Shown here piece after piece: positions 26,560 through 36,134 of a stretch of DNA of 64,000 nt. The DNA is from Candidatus Defluviilinea proxima (GTDB taxonomy: Bacteria > Chloroflexota > Anaerolineae > Anaerolineales > Villigracilaceae): the NCBI GenBank assembly GCA_016721115.1, contig JADKIW010000001.1, forward strand, positions 3,506,200 to 3,570,199, written 5' to 3'. The notes below the pieces were generated by a model. It saw only the letters and a list, made by a program, of their open reading frames with translations, made no database searches and had not been told where the DNA came from. The stretch's first letter is position 1, and every line of letters begins with the position of its first letter. A program made the translations under genes and the position numbers.

Positions 26560-27968
26560 ATGTCTGATGATGCAAAAATTTTAGAAGATATCGGCGAGTA
26601 CAAGTACGGCTTTCACGACCGTGACGATAACTACACGTTCAAATCTGAAAAGGGATTGAGCCGTGCTGTGGTTGAAAATATCTCACGCATGAAGGGTGAG
26701 CCGGAATGGATGCTCGAATTTCGTTTGAAGGCGCTCGATCATTTCTTGAAACGTCCCATGCCGAATTGGGGCCCCGACCTCAAAGAACTTAATTTCGACG
26801 AGATCTACTTTTACGTTAAGCCCACTGAGAAAAGTGAAAAATCATGGGATGATGTTCCCGATGATATCAAGCGCACTTTTGACAAGCTCGGTGTACCTGA
26901 AGCCGAACGAAATTTTTAGCGGGCTTAGGCGCGCAATACGAATCGGAAATGGTATATCACTCAATCCAGGAGCATCTTGAAAAACAGGGCGTGGTCTTTT
27001 TATCTATCGAAGATGGTTTGAGGCAATACCCCGATCTGTTCCGTGAATACTTCGGAACGGTCATCCCGATCGAAGATAACAAATTCGCCGCACTGAACAG
27101 CGCGGTATGGTCGGGTGGATCGTTCGTGTATGTGCCAAAGAATGTGAAAGTGGACATGCCTTTGCAGGCTTACTTCCGTTTGAATACGGCGAATCTCGGA
27201 CAATTTGAACGGACACTTATCATCGTTGAAGAAGGCGCGTCGGTTCATTATGTCGAAGGCTGTACAGCTCCTCAATATACAACCGATTCGTTCCACTCTG
27301 GTGTGATCGAGATCATCGTCAAGAAGGGCGCACGCTCACGTTACTCGACCATTCAGAACTGGTCGACCAATGTCTATAATCTCGTGACCCAGCGTGCCAA
27401 GGTTTTTGAGAACGGTTCACATGAATGGGTTGATGCCAATATTGGCTCAAAGATCACGATGAAATATCCTTCGTGCTATCTTATGGAACCAGGCGCACGT
27501 GGCGAAATGCTTTCGATGGCATTCGCAGGTCCAGGTCAAATTCAAGATGCGGGCTCGAAGATGATTCACTTTGCGCCAAACACCACCAGCAAGATCACAT
27601 CCAAGTCCATCAGCAAGGGTGGCGGACGTGCATCGTATCGTGGCATGGTCAAAGTTTACAAAGGCGCGAAGGGCGTCAAATCCAATGTGGTTTGTGATGC
27701 GCTTCTGCTTGACCCGAAATCCCGCTCCGACACATATCCCTACATTGAAATTGACGAAGACGATGTGACCATCGGCCACGAAGCCTCTGTCAGCAAAGTG
27801 GGTGAGGAGCAACTCTTTTACCTCATGAGCCGTGGTCTCAGTGAAGAAGAAGCTACAACCATGGTTGTCTCTGGCTTCATTGAACCACTCGTCAAAGAAC
27901 TGCCGATGGAATACGCTGTCGAAATGAATCGTCTCATCGCATTACAAATGGAAGGAAGCATCGGCTAG
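26560..27968 (+). CDS. sufB: Fe-S cluster assembly scaffold SufB, split into two ORFs by an apparent 1-nt loss
   Basis: ORF 26521-26919 ends ...[13 protein letters not shown] and a stop. A second frame continues [15 protein letters not shown]... (ORF 26949-27968). Together these reconstitute the conserved SufB sequence. The break is in a T5 run at 26913-26917. Confidence 0.85.
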
Positions 27969-27969
27969 C

Positions 27970-29310
27970 ATGGAAGAAAAACCAAAAGTTGTTGTTTCAA
28001 GGACTCGACGAGCCGACTCTGCCGCAAAAGATTTTTCTTTCGCTGAATCCGATATCCGCGCAGGGAAGGACGCAGTCGCTTCATACCGCGCCTTAGCCTG
28101 GTCTGCTTTCAAAAAGCATTCCCTCCCCGATACGACTCAAGAAGCATGGCGCCGCACCGACATCCACAACCTACCTGTTGATAAGTTCAAGTTCGCGGCA
28201 GAAGGTGCCTTCAATGACCTGCCTCCTGTGCGTGAAGATTTGCTTCGCCCTCTCACTGCCGATCAGCACGGCGGACAAATTGTTCTCACCCCTGGTGGCG
28301 TCAAAATTGACCTTGATGAAAAACTCGCAAAGAAGGGTGTCATCTTCACGGATTTAAAAACTGCTGAACAAGAACATCCTGAACTGCTCGCAAAAATGCT
28401 TGGCAAGACCGTCAATGTTGAAGAAGGAAAGTTCTCTGCATTGGTTGGCGCTTTTGCTCAAAACGGTGTTGTGTTGTATGTTCCCAAAGGTGTGATTGTG
28501 GACGAACCACTTCACTCCGTCCTCTGGGGCCCCGGTACTGATATTGCTCATGTCTCGCATATCCTCGTCCTTGTAGATGAAGGCGCTTCGGTGACATATG
28601 TTCACGAGTCCGCATCACCCGATCTAAAGGGAGCCAACTCCATGCACGCGGGAATCGTGGAGATCCAAGTTCTGCAGAATGCGTCATTGAAGTTCGTCGA
28701 ATTGCAATCATGGGGGCGTCACGTCTGGAATTTCAGCCACGAGCGTGCCCGTGTAGAACACAGCGGCAATCTCGACTGGATCTTTGGCGCCATTGGCTCA
28801 CGCATTACCAAGAACTTTACCGAACTCGATCTTGCTGGCGAAGGCGCACAAGGTCGTATGTCTGGTTTCTACTTTACCGATGGAAATCAGCACCTTGACC
28901 ATGACACGCAGCAGAATCACCTCGCTCCGCATACTAACAGCGATTTGCTGTTCAAGGGTGCGTTGAAAGGTCAAAGCCGTTCTGTTTGGCAGGGCATGAT
29001 CTACGTCGCTCCCGGCGCACAAAAGACCGATGGCTACCAAGCGAACCGAAACCTGGTTTTGAGCGATGGCGCCCGTGCCGATTCTATCCCTGGCTTGGAG
29101 ATTCTTGCCGATGATGTCCGCTGTACACATGGTGCAACGGTTGGTAAACTAGAGCAGGAACCACTTTTCTATTTGAAGTCTCGCGGTATCCCACAAGCTG
29201 AAGCTGAAAAGATCGTTGTGGAGGGTTTCTTCGACCCGATCTTCCAACGCATCCCATTTGAAGGTGTGCGTGAACGCTTCCAACAATATATTGCTGATAA
29301 GATGGCATGA
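27970..29310 (+). CDS. sufD: Fe-S cluster assembly protein SufD
   Basis: 446 aa SufB/D-family beta-helix, located immediately after sufB. Confidence 0.9.
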   Translation: MEEKPKVVVSRTRRADSAAKDFSFAESDIRAGKDAVASYRALAWSAFKKHSLPDTTQEAWRRTDIHNLPVDKFKFAAEGAFNDLPPVREDLLRPLTADQHGGQIVLTPGGVKIDLDEKLAKKGVIFTDLKTAEQEHPELLAKMLGKTVNVEEGKFSALVGAFAQNGVVLYVPKGVIVDEPLHSVLWGPGTDIAHVSHILVLVDEGASVTYVHESASPDLKGANSMHAGIVEIQVLQNASLKFVELQSWGRHVWNFSHERARVEHSGNLDWIFGAIGSRITKNFTELDLAGEGAQGRMSGFYFTDGNQHLDHDTQQNHLAPHTNSDLLFKGALKGQSRSVWQGMIYVAPGAQKTDGYQANRNLVLSDGARADSIPGLEILADDVRCTHGATVGKLEQEPLFYLKSRGIPQAEAEKIVVEGFFDPIFQRIPFEGVRERFQQYIADKMA

Positions 29311-29350
29311 TGTCATCGTAAATTTGTAGTTCTGAAAGATAAGGTTATTC

Positions 29351-29890
29351 ATGGCAGAAAAAAAGAAACCCAGTGTGAAAAAGGTCGAAGCGAAATCCAA
29401 ATCAGCAACAGGCGGAGGGACAAAAATGGCAGATAAAATCAAATCAAAGGCAAGTGCACCCACGAAAGTGGTAGTCAAAACCAAGGTCCGCACTTCTGAA
29501 GCGTCGCATATCGTCAATAAGATTTCGCCGCCCCGTGTTAGTGATGAGCGAAAACCCAGCCGTGGAAGCCGCGTAACCCATCAATATAATTACATGAAAG
29601 CCCCGGGGATCATGCATGATTTCCAAGTGGGCGATAAAGTGGAAGTTTATTGCGATCACGAAAAAGGACGTGAACGTGTGCGTGGGTGGGTCTCAGGCAT
29701 CGTCGTTCAAGTAGATAACAAAATGGTTGCTGTTCAATTCCGTTCGAACGTTTATCTGACAGACGGTTGGATGGTACCGGACCGCATCTTGTGGTACTCG
29801 CTTTCCTCCGAGCATATTCGTCCTGACCTGGGGAAAAAATCCTCCAGAAAAGAAGCCGTCATCAAGATCGTTCGTGATGACGATTATTAG
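29351..29890 (+). CDS. Hypothetical protein: Lys-rich disordered N-terminus plus a small beta-barrel (Tudor/Agenet/SH3-like) C-terminus
   Basis: 179 aa, located between sufD and sufS on the same strand. The C-terminal half begins FQVGDKVEVYCDHEKGRERVRGWVSGIVVQVDNKMVAVQF. Confidence 0.5.
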   Translation: MAEKKKPSVKKVEAKSKSATGGGTKMADKIKSKASAPTKVVVKTKVRTSEASHIVNKISPPRVSDERKPSRGSRVTHQYNYMKAPGIMHDFQVGDKVEVYCDHEKGRERVRGWVSGIVVQVDNKMVAVQFRSNVYLTDGWMVPDRILWYSLSSEHIRPDLGKKSSRKEAVIKIVRDDDY

Positions 29891-29961
29891 TCGATGAGCA
29901 AATACGTAAACAAGTAGATAAATTACTGGTTTGCGTATTTACTTTTATCTTTACCTGTTCC

Positions 29962-31188
29962 ATGCCTATCAATATTAACCAAATTCGAAAAGATTTTCCC
30001 ATCCTCCAGCGTGAGATATCTCAAGGTGTTCCGCTGGTTTATCTTGATTCAACTGCTACTTCACAGAAACCTTTGTCTGTAATTGAAGCAATGGACGAGT
30101 ATTATCGTCGCTCGAATGCGAATATTCATCGTGGTGTGCATACACTTGCTGAGGAAGCAACCGCCATGTATGAAGATGCGCGCGTGAAGATCGCAAAGTT
30201 TGTCAATGCGCCTTCTGCAAAGCAGATCATATACACACGCAATACAACTGAGTCGATCAATCTCGTTGCGTATTCATGGGCGCGTGCGAATCTCAAAGCT
30301 GGCGACCTTGTCATTTTGACAGAGATGGAACACCATTCCAACCTTGTCCCGTGGCACATGCTTCAAGCAGAGCGTGGCATTGAATTGGATTTCATCCCTG
30401 TGACCGAATCCGGCTTGCTGGATCTGGATGCCTACAAAGCGCTTCTTTCTCGGACCCCGAAACTGGTCTCGTTTACTCACATGTCCAACGTCCTCGGCAC
30501 GATCACCCCTGCGGCTGAGATCATTCGTCTCGCGCACGAAGCAGGCGCAGTGACGTTGGTTGATGCGGCGCAGTCCGTCCCACACTTGAAAGTGGACGTA
30601 CAGGCCCTCGATGCAGACTTCCTTGCTTTCTCTGCGCACAAGATGTGCGGCCCCACCGGCGTCGGTGCTTTATATGGCAAATTGGATCTGCTTGAAAAAA
30701 TGCCGCCTTTCCTTGGTGGTGGCGACATGATCAAGGAAGTAAAACTACGTTCGTATCGGCCTAACTCCTTGCCTCATAAGTTTGAAGCTGGGACTCCTGC
30801 CATTGCAGAAGCTGTCGGTTTCGGCGCGGCTGTGGATTATCTAAACTCAGTTGGCATGGATAACATCGCTGCGCATGAGCATGAGATCACAGAATATGCC
30901 ATTGAGCGCTTGGAAGAAGTTCCCGGAGTGAAGGTATTCGGTCCCGATGCCGAACATAAGGGTGGGGTGGCCGCATTTACACTTGAAGGTGTACATCCGC
31001 ATGATGTGGCACAAATCCTTGATAAGGATGGGATTGCTGTCCGTGCGGGGCATCATTGTGCCCAGCCGTTGCATGAAAAGTTTGGAATTCCCGCAACCAG
31101 TCGTGCTTCTTTCTATTTGTACAATACAAAAGAAGAAGTGGACCTGTTGATCAATGGAATCTACAAAGTGAAGGAAATGTTTGGATAG
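29962..31188 (+). CDS. sufS: Cysteine desulfurase SufS
   Basis: 408 aa class V aminotransferase. FSAHKMCGPTG carries the PLP lysine. RAGHHCAQP is the active-site Cys loop. Confidence 0.95.
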   Translation: MPININQIRKDFPILQREISQGVPLVYLDSTATSQKPLSVIEAMDEYYRRSNANIHRGVHTLAEEATAMYEDARVKIAKFVNAPSAKQIIYTRNTTESINLVAYSWARANLKAGDLVILTEMEHHSNLVPWHMLQAERGIELDFIPVTESGLLDLDAYKALLSRTPKLVSFTHMSNVLGTITPAAEIIRLAHEAGAVTLVDAAQSVPHLKVDVQALDADFLAFSAHKMCGPTGVGALYGKLDLLEKMPPFLGGGDMIKEVKLRSYRPNSLPHKFEAGTPAIAEAVGFGAAVDYLNSVGMDNIAAHEHEITEYAIERLEEVPGVKVFGPDAEHKGGVAAFTLEGVHPHDVAQILDKDGIAVRAGHHCAQPLHEKFGIPATSRASFYLYNTKEEVDLLINGIYKVKEMFG

Positions 31189-31191
31189 GAT

Positions 31192-31587
31192 ATGGATGAC
31201 CTGTATCGTGAAGTAATTATTGAGCATTATAAAAACCCTGGCTATCGCGGGCACCTCGACCCGCACGATATTCTGTTTGAAGATAATAATCCCCTCTGTG
31301 GCGATCATATTGAGATCACTTTGAAGACCGACGGACAGGGTAATGTAGCTGATGCGCGCTTTGATGGCCACGGTTGTGCCATCTCGCAAGCTTCCGCTGA
31401 TTTGTTGATCGAGTCGATTATTGGTAAGCCGCTTGAAGACGTGAAGCAACTCAACAAGGATTCTGTCCTTGAAATGCTCGGCATTGACCTTGGTCCCGTC
31501 CGCTTGAAATGTGCATTGCTTTCACTCAAAGTGTTGAAAGCAGGTGTGTATGGGTTGGGCGAGACCAGCGACGATCTGGTGGAATAA
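31192..31587 (+). CDS. sufU: SUF-type sulfur acceptor/scaffold SufU
   Basis: Contains NPLCGDHIEI...GHGCAISQASA...LKCALLS. Confidence 0.9.
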   Translation: MDDLYREVIIEHYKNPGYRGHLDPHDILFEDNNPLCGDHIEITLKTDGQGNVADARFDGHGCAISQASADLLIESIIGKPLEDVKQLNKDSVLEMLGIDLGPVRLKCALLSLKVLKAGVYGLGETSDDLVE

Positions 31588-31588
31588 G

Positions 31589-31936
31589 ATGTTTGATTAT
31601 ACAAAAGCAGACGAATCAAAAGTTGAATTTGTAGAGATCGCTCCCGCGAGTGAATTGCCGAATGGCGAAAGACTTTTCCTGGAAGTGGGAGGAAAAGCGA
31701 TCGTCATTTTTAATATTGCTGGTCAACTGTTTGCCATCGGCGATATCTGCACCCATGATGATGGTCCGTTGGGGGATGGGGACTTGGAAGGCTTCAATAT
31801 CGTCTGCCCGCGTCATGGCGGTGAATTTGATGTACAAACAGGCAAAGCTGTGCAAATGCCCGCTGTAGTGGATATCCCTGCGTATCCAGTGAAAGTAGTG
31901 GATGGGATGATCCAGGTAGGTTTGCCGAAGGAATAA
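31589..31936 (+). CDS. Rieske-type [2Fe-2S] ferredoxin
   Basis: The start was trimmed to MFDYTK, 1 nt after the sufU stop. Cluster-binding boxes are CTHDDGPL and CPRHGGEF. Confidence 0.8.
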   Translation: MFDYTKADESKVEFVEIAPASELPNGERLFLEVGGKAIVIFNIAGQLFAIGDICTHDDGPLGDGDLEGFNIVCPRHGGEFDVQTGKAVQMPAVVDIPAYPVKVVDGMIQVGLPKE

Positions 31937-31951
31937 ATAGCGAAGTTAAAA

Positions 31952-32626
31952 ATGGCGGGTATTAAATTGAAACCGGCGGTCTGGTATGGGGCAACCCTTT
32001 TTTGCGTTGTTATTCTGGTTGCAGGATATCTAACCCCGAATTATTCTCATATCAAACAGGCAATTAGTGAATTGGGCGCTCCGAATGCTCCGTATGATTG
32101 GGCTGTCCGTGGGTTGGGATTTGTGCCTCTTGGCATGAGTTTTATCTTATATGCGTTTCAATCACGGAAATTATTCTCTAACAATCTGCCCTTTTATCTT
32201 TTTCTTTTGACAGGACTTGCCATTATCATGGCCGGGGTTTTCCCAACTGACCCAAAAGGCAGGCGAGATACGGCAGCAGGCATTCTCCACGCTGTTGCAG
32301 GGATTATCCTGCTTGTGCTTCTCAGTATTACACCGCTTGTTATGTCATTTAATCGTGTTTATCAAAATCCCCCGAAAAAATGGCTGTTGATGTTTTCCTT
32401 TGTGATGGGAGTTCTTGTCGCTGTATTTTTTGTGATGCTACCTAATGGAATCTCCCCGCAATTGGTTTCATTTCATCAAAAGGTACTCGGTGATTACTTT
32501 GAAGTCTGGTATCCCATGCATGGTTTACACCAGAGGTTTTTGTTGTTTCTGTACTTTATCTGGCTATTTATCTTTTCTTATTTTGAGAATATATATCCTT
32601 TGATGCCGCAGGTTGAAAAGCAATAA
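31952..32626 (+). CDS. DUF998-like membrane protein
   Basis: 224 aa with about 6 TM helices and an ISELGAPNAPY motif. Confidence 0.45.
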   Translation: MAGIKLKPAVWYGATLFCVVILVAGYLTPNYSHIKQAISELGAPNAPYDWAVRGLGFVPLGMSFILYAFQSRKLFSNNLPFYLFLLTGLAIIMAGVFPTDPKGRRDTAAGILHAVAGIILLVLLSITPLVMSFNRVYQNPPKKWLLMFSFVMGVLVAVFFVMLPNGISPQLVSFHQKVLGDYFEVWYPMHGLHQRFLLFLYFIWLFIFSYFENIYPLMPQVEKQ

Positions 32627-32646
32627 CCACCTTACTATTGCACCTG

Positions 32647-33276
32647 TTATCTAAAAGTCCCCACGATCCTCAAAATATCAAATCCCTCCGCGAACGGACA
32701 TTCCGCCAGCGCGCCGTGACGTACCATGATGGAACGCGTCAACTCGTTGTTGAAATAGTAGCGATCGCGGTACGTCTCGTATTTGGATAACGCCTCTAGC
32801 TTCTTATTTACATCTTCTTCAGTAACTTCAACCAGAAAGTGCGGAAAAAAACCGTAGGAGGAGCGTACAACGTCAAAACCAAGTACGGTGATACCACGGA
32901 AGGCTCGTAGGGCTTCATCGGTCATCGTATTGTGATCTTGATGCACATCCTGTTTGGAGTGGACAAAGATCAAATCTGGCTTAAAGTCCTTGCGGAGTTT
33001 GAGGAAGTATTCGAGAATTTCCTGACGGGCATCAGGGAACACACGAGTAGTGAAGGGACCAAGGACGATCTTTTCTTTGGGGACGCCCAACACAGCCATG
33101 GATTCGTAGTGCTCGTCTTTGACGTTCTTGAGATCTGGGTTTTTCTGGTTATCTGAAAGCGTAACGCACAGCACGTCCGTTTTTTGGACGATGTTATTAA
33201 GCAGAGCACCACATCCCAATTCGATGTCATCGGGATGTGCGCCAAGAAACAGGACTCGTTTGCCGGAGAAATTCAT
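32647..33276 (-). CDS. PIG-L/LmbE-family deacetylase
   Basis: Contains VLFLGAHPDDIELGCGA and the HQDH motif. Confidence 0.8.
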   Translation of the reverse strand: MNFSGKRVLFLGAHPDDIELGCGALLNNIVQKTDVLCVTLSDNQKNPDLKNVKDEHYESMAVLGVPKEKIVLGPFTTRVFPDARQEILEYFLKLRKDFKPDLIFVHSKQDVHQDHNTMTDEALRAFRGITVLGFDVVRSSYGFFPHFLVEVTEEDVNKKLEALSKYETYRDRYYFNNELTRSIMVRHGALAECPFAEGFDILRIVGTFR

Positions 33277-33289
33277 ACTTGAATGAAGC

Positions 33290-33318
33290 GTAGGGGCGTA
33301 GCATTGCTACGCCCCTAC
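33290..33318. other. Near-perfect 14+1+14 palindrome between two co-directional genes
   Basis: GTAGGGGCGTAGCA, T, TGCTACGCCCCTAC. There is no flanking U-tract on the transcribed (minus) strand. Confidence 0.5.
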
Positions 33319-33324
33319 TAATTG

Positions 33325-34125
33325 TTATTTCGTAGCCAAAATCCCGCCAACGACCTTGGTCATCACCAGTTTGCCGTCGCGTTTTAGCCAGCGTGTAGCC
33401 ACGTCGGTGATCTTGCCGATCAAGGCTTCGTATTCATCTTTACCATTGAACATGGATGTCCACAGTTTGCGGTCTTCACTCAATGATGCGCGGACGTAAT
33501 CAATGAACGGTGCAACCTCGGGGAAGGTGAGGTGGTTCTCGAATTTGTGTAATTCGGTCTTGGCGAAGATCTTCTCTATCGTGTTGAAAATGTCACCCTT
33601 GAAGCGGGAAGAGCCGGGCATGGGTGGGATGGTGGCGTTGGTGGCTTCTTTGATAATGTCGTAGAACATCTGCTTGTTCTCAGGCAATGGGCCAGAGACG
33701 AAAAGCCGTCCGCCAGATTTAAGGACTCGGTGGGCCTCACCAAATGTAAAGTCCAGATTTGAGGCGTAGTAGATCGCGAAGGCGCTTGTGCACAGGTCAA
33801 AGGTATTATCTGCGAAGTTGAACGGTTTGTTGAAGTCCAAAAATTGGAATTCGATCTTCGAACCGCGTTCCTTGTTTTTGGCACGGGCCTTATCCAATAA
33901 TTCTTCTGAGAAATCACCACCCGTTATTTTTGCCTTACCTTTAGTATAATCGTCGAACAGAAAAGAGAGTTTGCCCGCACCGCAACCGACATCGAGAATG
34001 TTCATGCCTGACTGGGGTTGGAGTAGTTCATTTGTCCAAACGTCAATATTGGCAGAGCCATATTTTTCGTGAATGTCAATGCGAACGAGTAAGTCTTTGC
34101 TGGTCTCTTGATAATTGATTTCCAT
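33325..34125 (-). CDS. Class I SAM-dependent methyltransferase
   Basis: ILDVGCGAGKLS is motif I. 266 aa. Confidence 0.8.
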   Translation of the reverse strand: MEINYQETSKDLLVRIDIHEKYGSANIDVWTNELLQPQSGMNILDVGCGAGKLSFLFDDYTKGKAKITGGDFSEELLDKARAKNKERGSKIEFQFLDFNKPFNFADNTFDLCTSAFAIYYASNLDFTFGEAHRVLKSGGRLFVSGPLPENKQMFYDIIKEATNATIPPMPGSSRFKGDIFNTIEKIFAKTELHKFENHLTFPEVAPFIDYVRASLSEDRKLWTSMFNGKDEYEALIGKITDVATRWLKRDGKLVMTKVVGGILATK

Positions 34126-34212
34126 TAGATGCTCCTTGTGAGTGGTCGGTGGGATTATACCAAAAATAAATCAAAATTCAACTTCTGAATTTTGAACCTT
34201 GATGGAGCAACT

Positions 34213-35481
34213 ATGTCTTCGAAAATAAAAACAGTAAAAGGTGTACGCGAGTTTTATCCCGAGCAGATGTTCCTGCGCAACTATCTTTTTGATAAGGTGC
34301 GTGCGGCCTCGCAGGTGTTCGGCTATCAGGAATGGGATGGCCCGTTCATTGAGACCATTGACCTGTATGCGGCGAAATCGGGTGAGGAATTGGTTAAAAA
34401 ACAGTCTTTCGTTTTCACGGATCGTGGCGGTGAAGAAGTGACACTTCGACCTGAACTGACCCCGTCCCTCGCGCGCATGATCGCGGCAAAACAGGGTGAG
34501 TTGAACTTCCCTGTGCGCTGGTGGTCGTTTGGTCCGTTTTGGAGATATGAACAGCCGCAAAAGGGACGCTCTCGCGAATTCTTTCAATGGAATATTGACA
34601 TGTTGGGAGTCAACTCACCAGAAGCGGATGCAGAACTGATCGCCGTTGGTGCGACATTTCTCCGCTCGGTCGGACTTACCCCGGAGCGGGCTCTCATCTA
34701 TGTGAATAATCGTCGTCTGATGGATTCTGAATTCGAAGCGTTGGGCATTACTCAGGAAAAGCGTCTTGATGTTTCTAATCTTGTAGATCGTCGCACAAAA
34801 ATGGAGCCTGCCAAATGGGATGCTTATGCTCTTGATCTTGGGCTAACGCAGGTTCAGCTCGATGGCTTGAAAGACATCCTCAGCAACTTTGAGCTGTGGA
34901 AGAAAAGCGATGAGTTGGTTCGCCTCTTTGCTGCGCTGGAAGCGTTGGGCGTGCGCGAGTACGTTAAATTCGACCCGAACATCATGCGCGGACTCTTATA
35001 CTACACCGGTACAGTCTTTGAAGCCTTTGACACAAGCGGTTCGTTGAAGCGTGCCATCTTTGGCGGTGGTCGCTATGACAATTTGCTGGCCGACGTAGGC
35101 GGACAACCTCTTTCTGGCGTCGGCTTTGCCATGGGCGATGTTGTGATCGGAATCATTCTGCAGGAGGCGGGACTTGTCCCTGAGTTTGAACCGAGTCCTG
35201 CGCGGGTGTTGGTCACTGTGTTCGATGAGAGTTTATGGATGCAATCGTTCGCGCTTGCTTCAGAACTGCGTAAAGCAGGTTTCAATGTGATGGTTTCTCC
35301 AGAACCGACCAAATTGCCGAAACAATTCAAATTTGCTGACAAGATGAAGATGAAGATTGCGGTAACGATTGGTCCTGACGAAGCAGCGAAAGGCCTTGTG
35401 GCTGTGAAAAACTTGTCGAATGGGGAGCAGGTTATCGTCGCGCGCGAGGCGGCGGCGGATGCGATCAGGAAAATTCTGTGA
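34213..35481 (+). CDS. hisS: Histidine--tRNA ligase
   Basis: ATG at 34213 with a GGAG RBS 5 nt upstream. Class II motifs are present (RGGEEVTLRPELTPSLARM, WRYEQPQKGRSREFFQWN, GGGRYDNL). Confidence 0.95.
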   Translation: MSSKIKTVKGVREFYPEQMFLRNYLFDKVRAASQVFGYQEWDGPFIETIDLYAAKSGEELVKKQSFVFTDRGGEEVTLRPELTPSLARMIAAKQGELNFPVRWWSFGPFWRYEQPQKGRSREFFQWNIDMLGVNSPEADAELIAVGATFLRSVGLTPERALIYVNNRRLMDSEFEALGITQEKRLDVSNLVDRRTKMEPAKWDAYALDLGLTQVQLDGLKDILSNFELWKKSDELVRLFAALEALGVREYVKFDPNIMRGLLYYTGTVFEAFDTSGSLKRAIFGGGRYDNLLADVGGQPLSGVGFAMGDVVIGIILQEAGLVPEFEPSPARVLVTVFDESLWMQSFALASELRKAGFNVMVSPEPTKLPKQFKFADKMKMKIAVTIGPDEAAKGLVAVKNLSNGEQVIVAREAAADAIRKIL

Positions 35482-35942
35482 GTATTACGCTTCAACCTGT
35501 CAGCGCAGAAAACTGGCAGGCGTTAATCAAATTGAAGGTATGAGAAGACCAAACAGGTTTTGTTGGGTCGAATTTGTATTCGATTGCCGAATCTCAATTT
35601 GGTTATGATTATGAAGGGCATTGGGATTTGCATCCTTTTGGGATTTTTGATAGTAAAGTTCCAGTAGGATTTTTGATGTATGGCTACAATTTCTCATACT
35701 CGAAGTTCCATGCGTTTATTTTCCGCTTGATGGTAGATGAGAACTTACAACGCAAAGGGTATGGACGTTTGGGAATGGAAAAAGTATTAGATATTTTCCG
35801 CGCCGATGAACGGATTAAGGCTATAGGCATCAGCTACAAGCCGGAGAACGAAGTTGCACGCAAACTGTACGCGAGTTTGGGGTTTATTGAGCCTGGTGAG
35901 ATGATTGAAAGCGAAACGCTTGCGATATTGAACTTACGATAA
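35478..35942 (+). CDS. GNAT-family N-acetyltransferase interrupted by an in-frame TGA
   Basis: GTG at 35478 overlaps the hisS stop (GTGA). The reading is VSITLQPVSAENWQALIKLKV, then TGA at 35541-35543, then EDQTGFVGSNLYSIAESQF... in the same frame. The track ORF 35574-35942 is only the distal part. Confidence 0.6.
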
Positions 35943-35972
35943 TTTATGGTAAAATTTTGACCGCTTCATTAC

Positions 35973-36045
35973 GGAGCCTGTAGCTCAACGGCAGAGCGCT
36001 ACACTGTGGCTGTAGATGTTGTGGGTTCGAAACCCATCAGGCTCC
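35973..36045 (+). tRNA. tRNA-His (anticodon GTG) with genome-encoded G-1
   Basis: Manual cloverleaf. G-1 is at 35973. The acceptor stem is GAGCCTG/CAGGCTC. The anticodon loop CTGTGGC has GTG at 36006-36008. The T-loop is TTCGAAA and the discriminator is C. There is no full CCA. Confidence 0.9.
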
Positions 36046-36051
36046 CAACTC

Positions 36052-36088
36052 AGACTTCCGAAGTCTCAAAGACTTCGGAAGTCTTTTT
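36052..36088 (+). terminator. Rho-independent terminator after tRNA-His
   Basis: 15-bp stem AGACTTCCGAAGTCT / AGACTTCGGAAGTCT with a CAA loop, followed by TTTT. Confidence 0.8.
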
Positions 36089-36134
36089 ATAAACTGACCA
36101 ATGTGCCTCTTGAATTTCGTTGTACAATTGCGAC

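Noticed and set aside
35541-35543. Selenocysteine or Trp/Gly recoding of the in-frame TGA in the GNAT gene
   Set aside because: No SECIS-like hairpin is evident immediately downstream. The position is not a catalytic Cys site in GNAT enzymes. TGA terminates other genes in this window.
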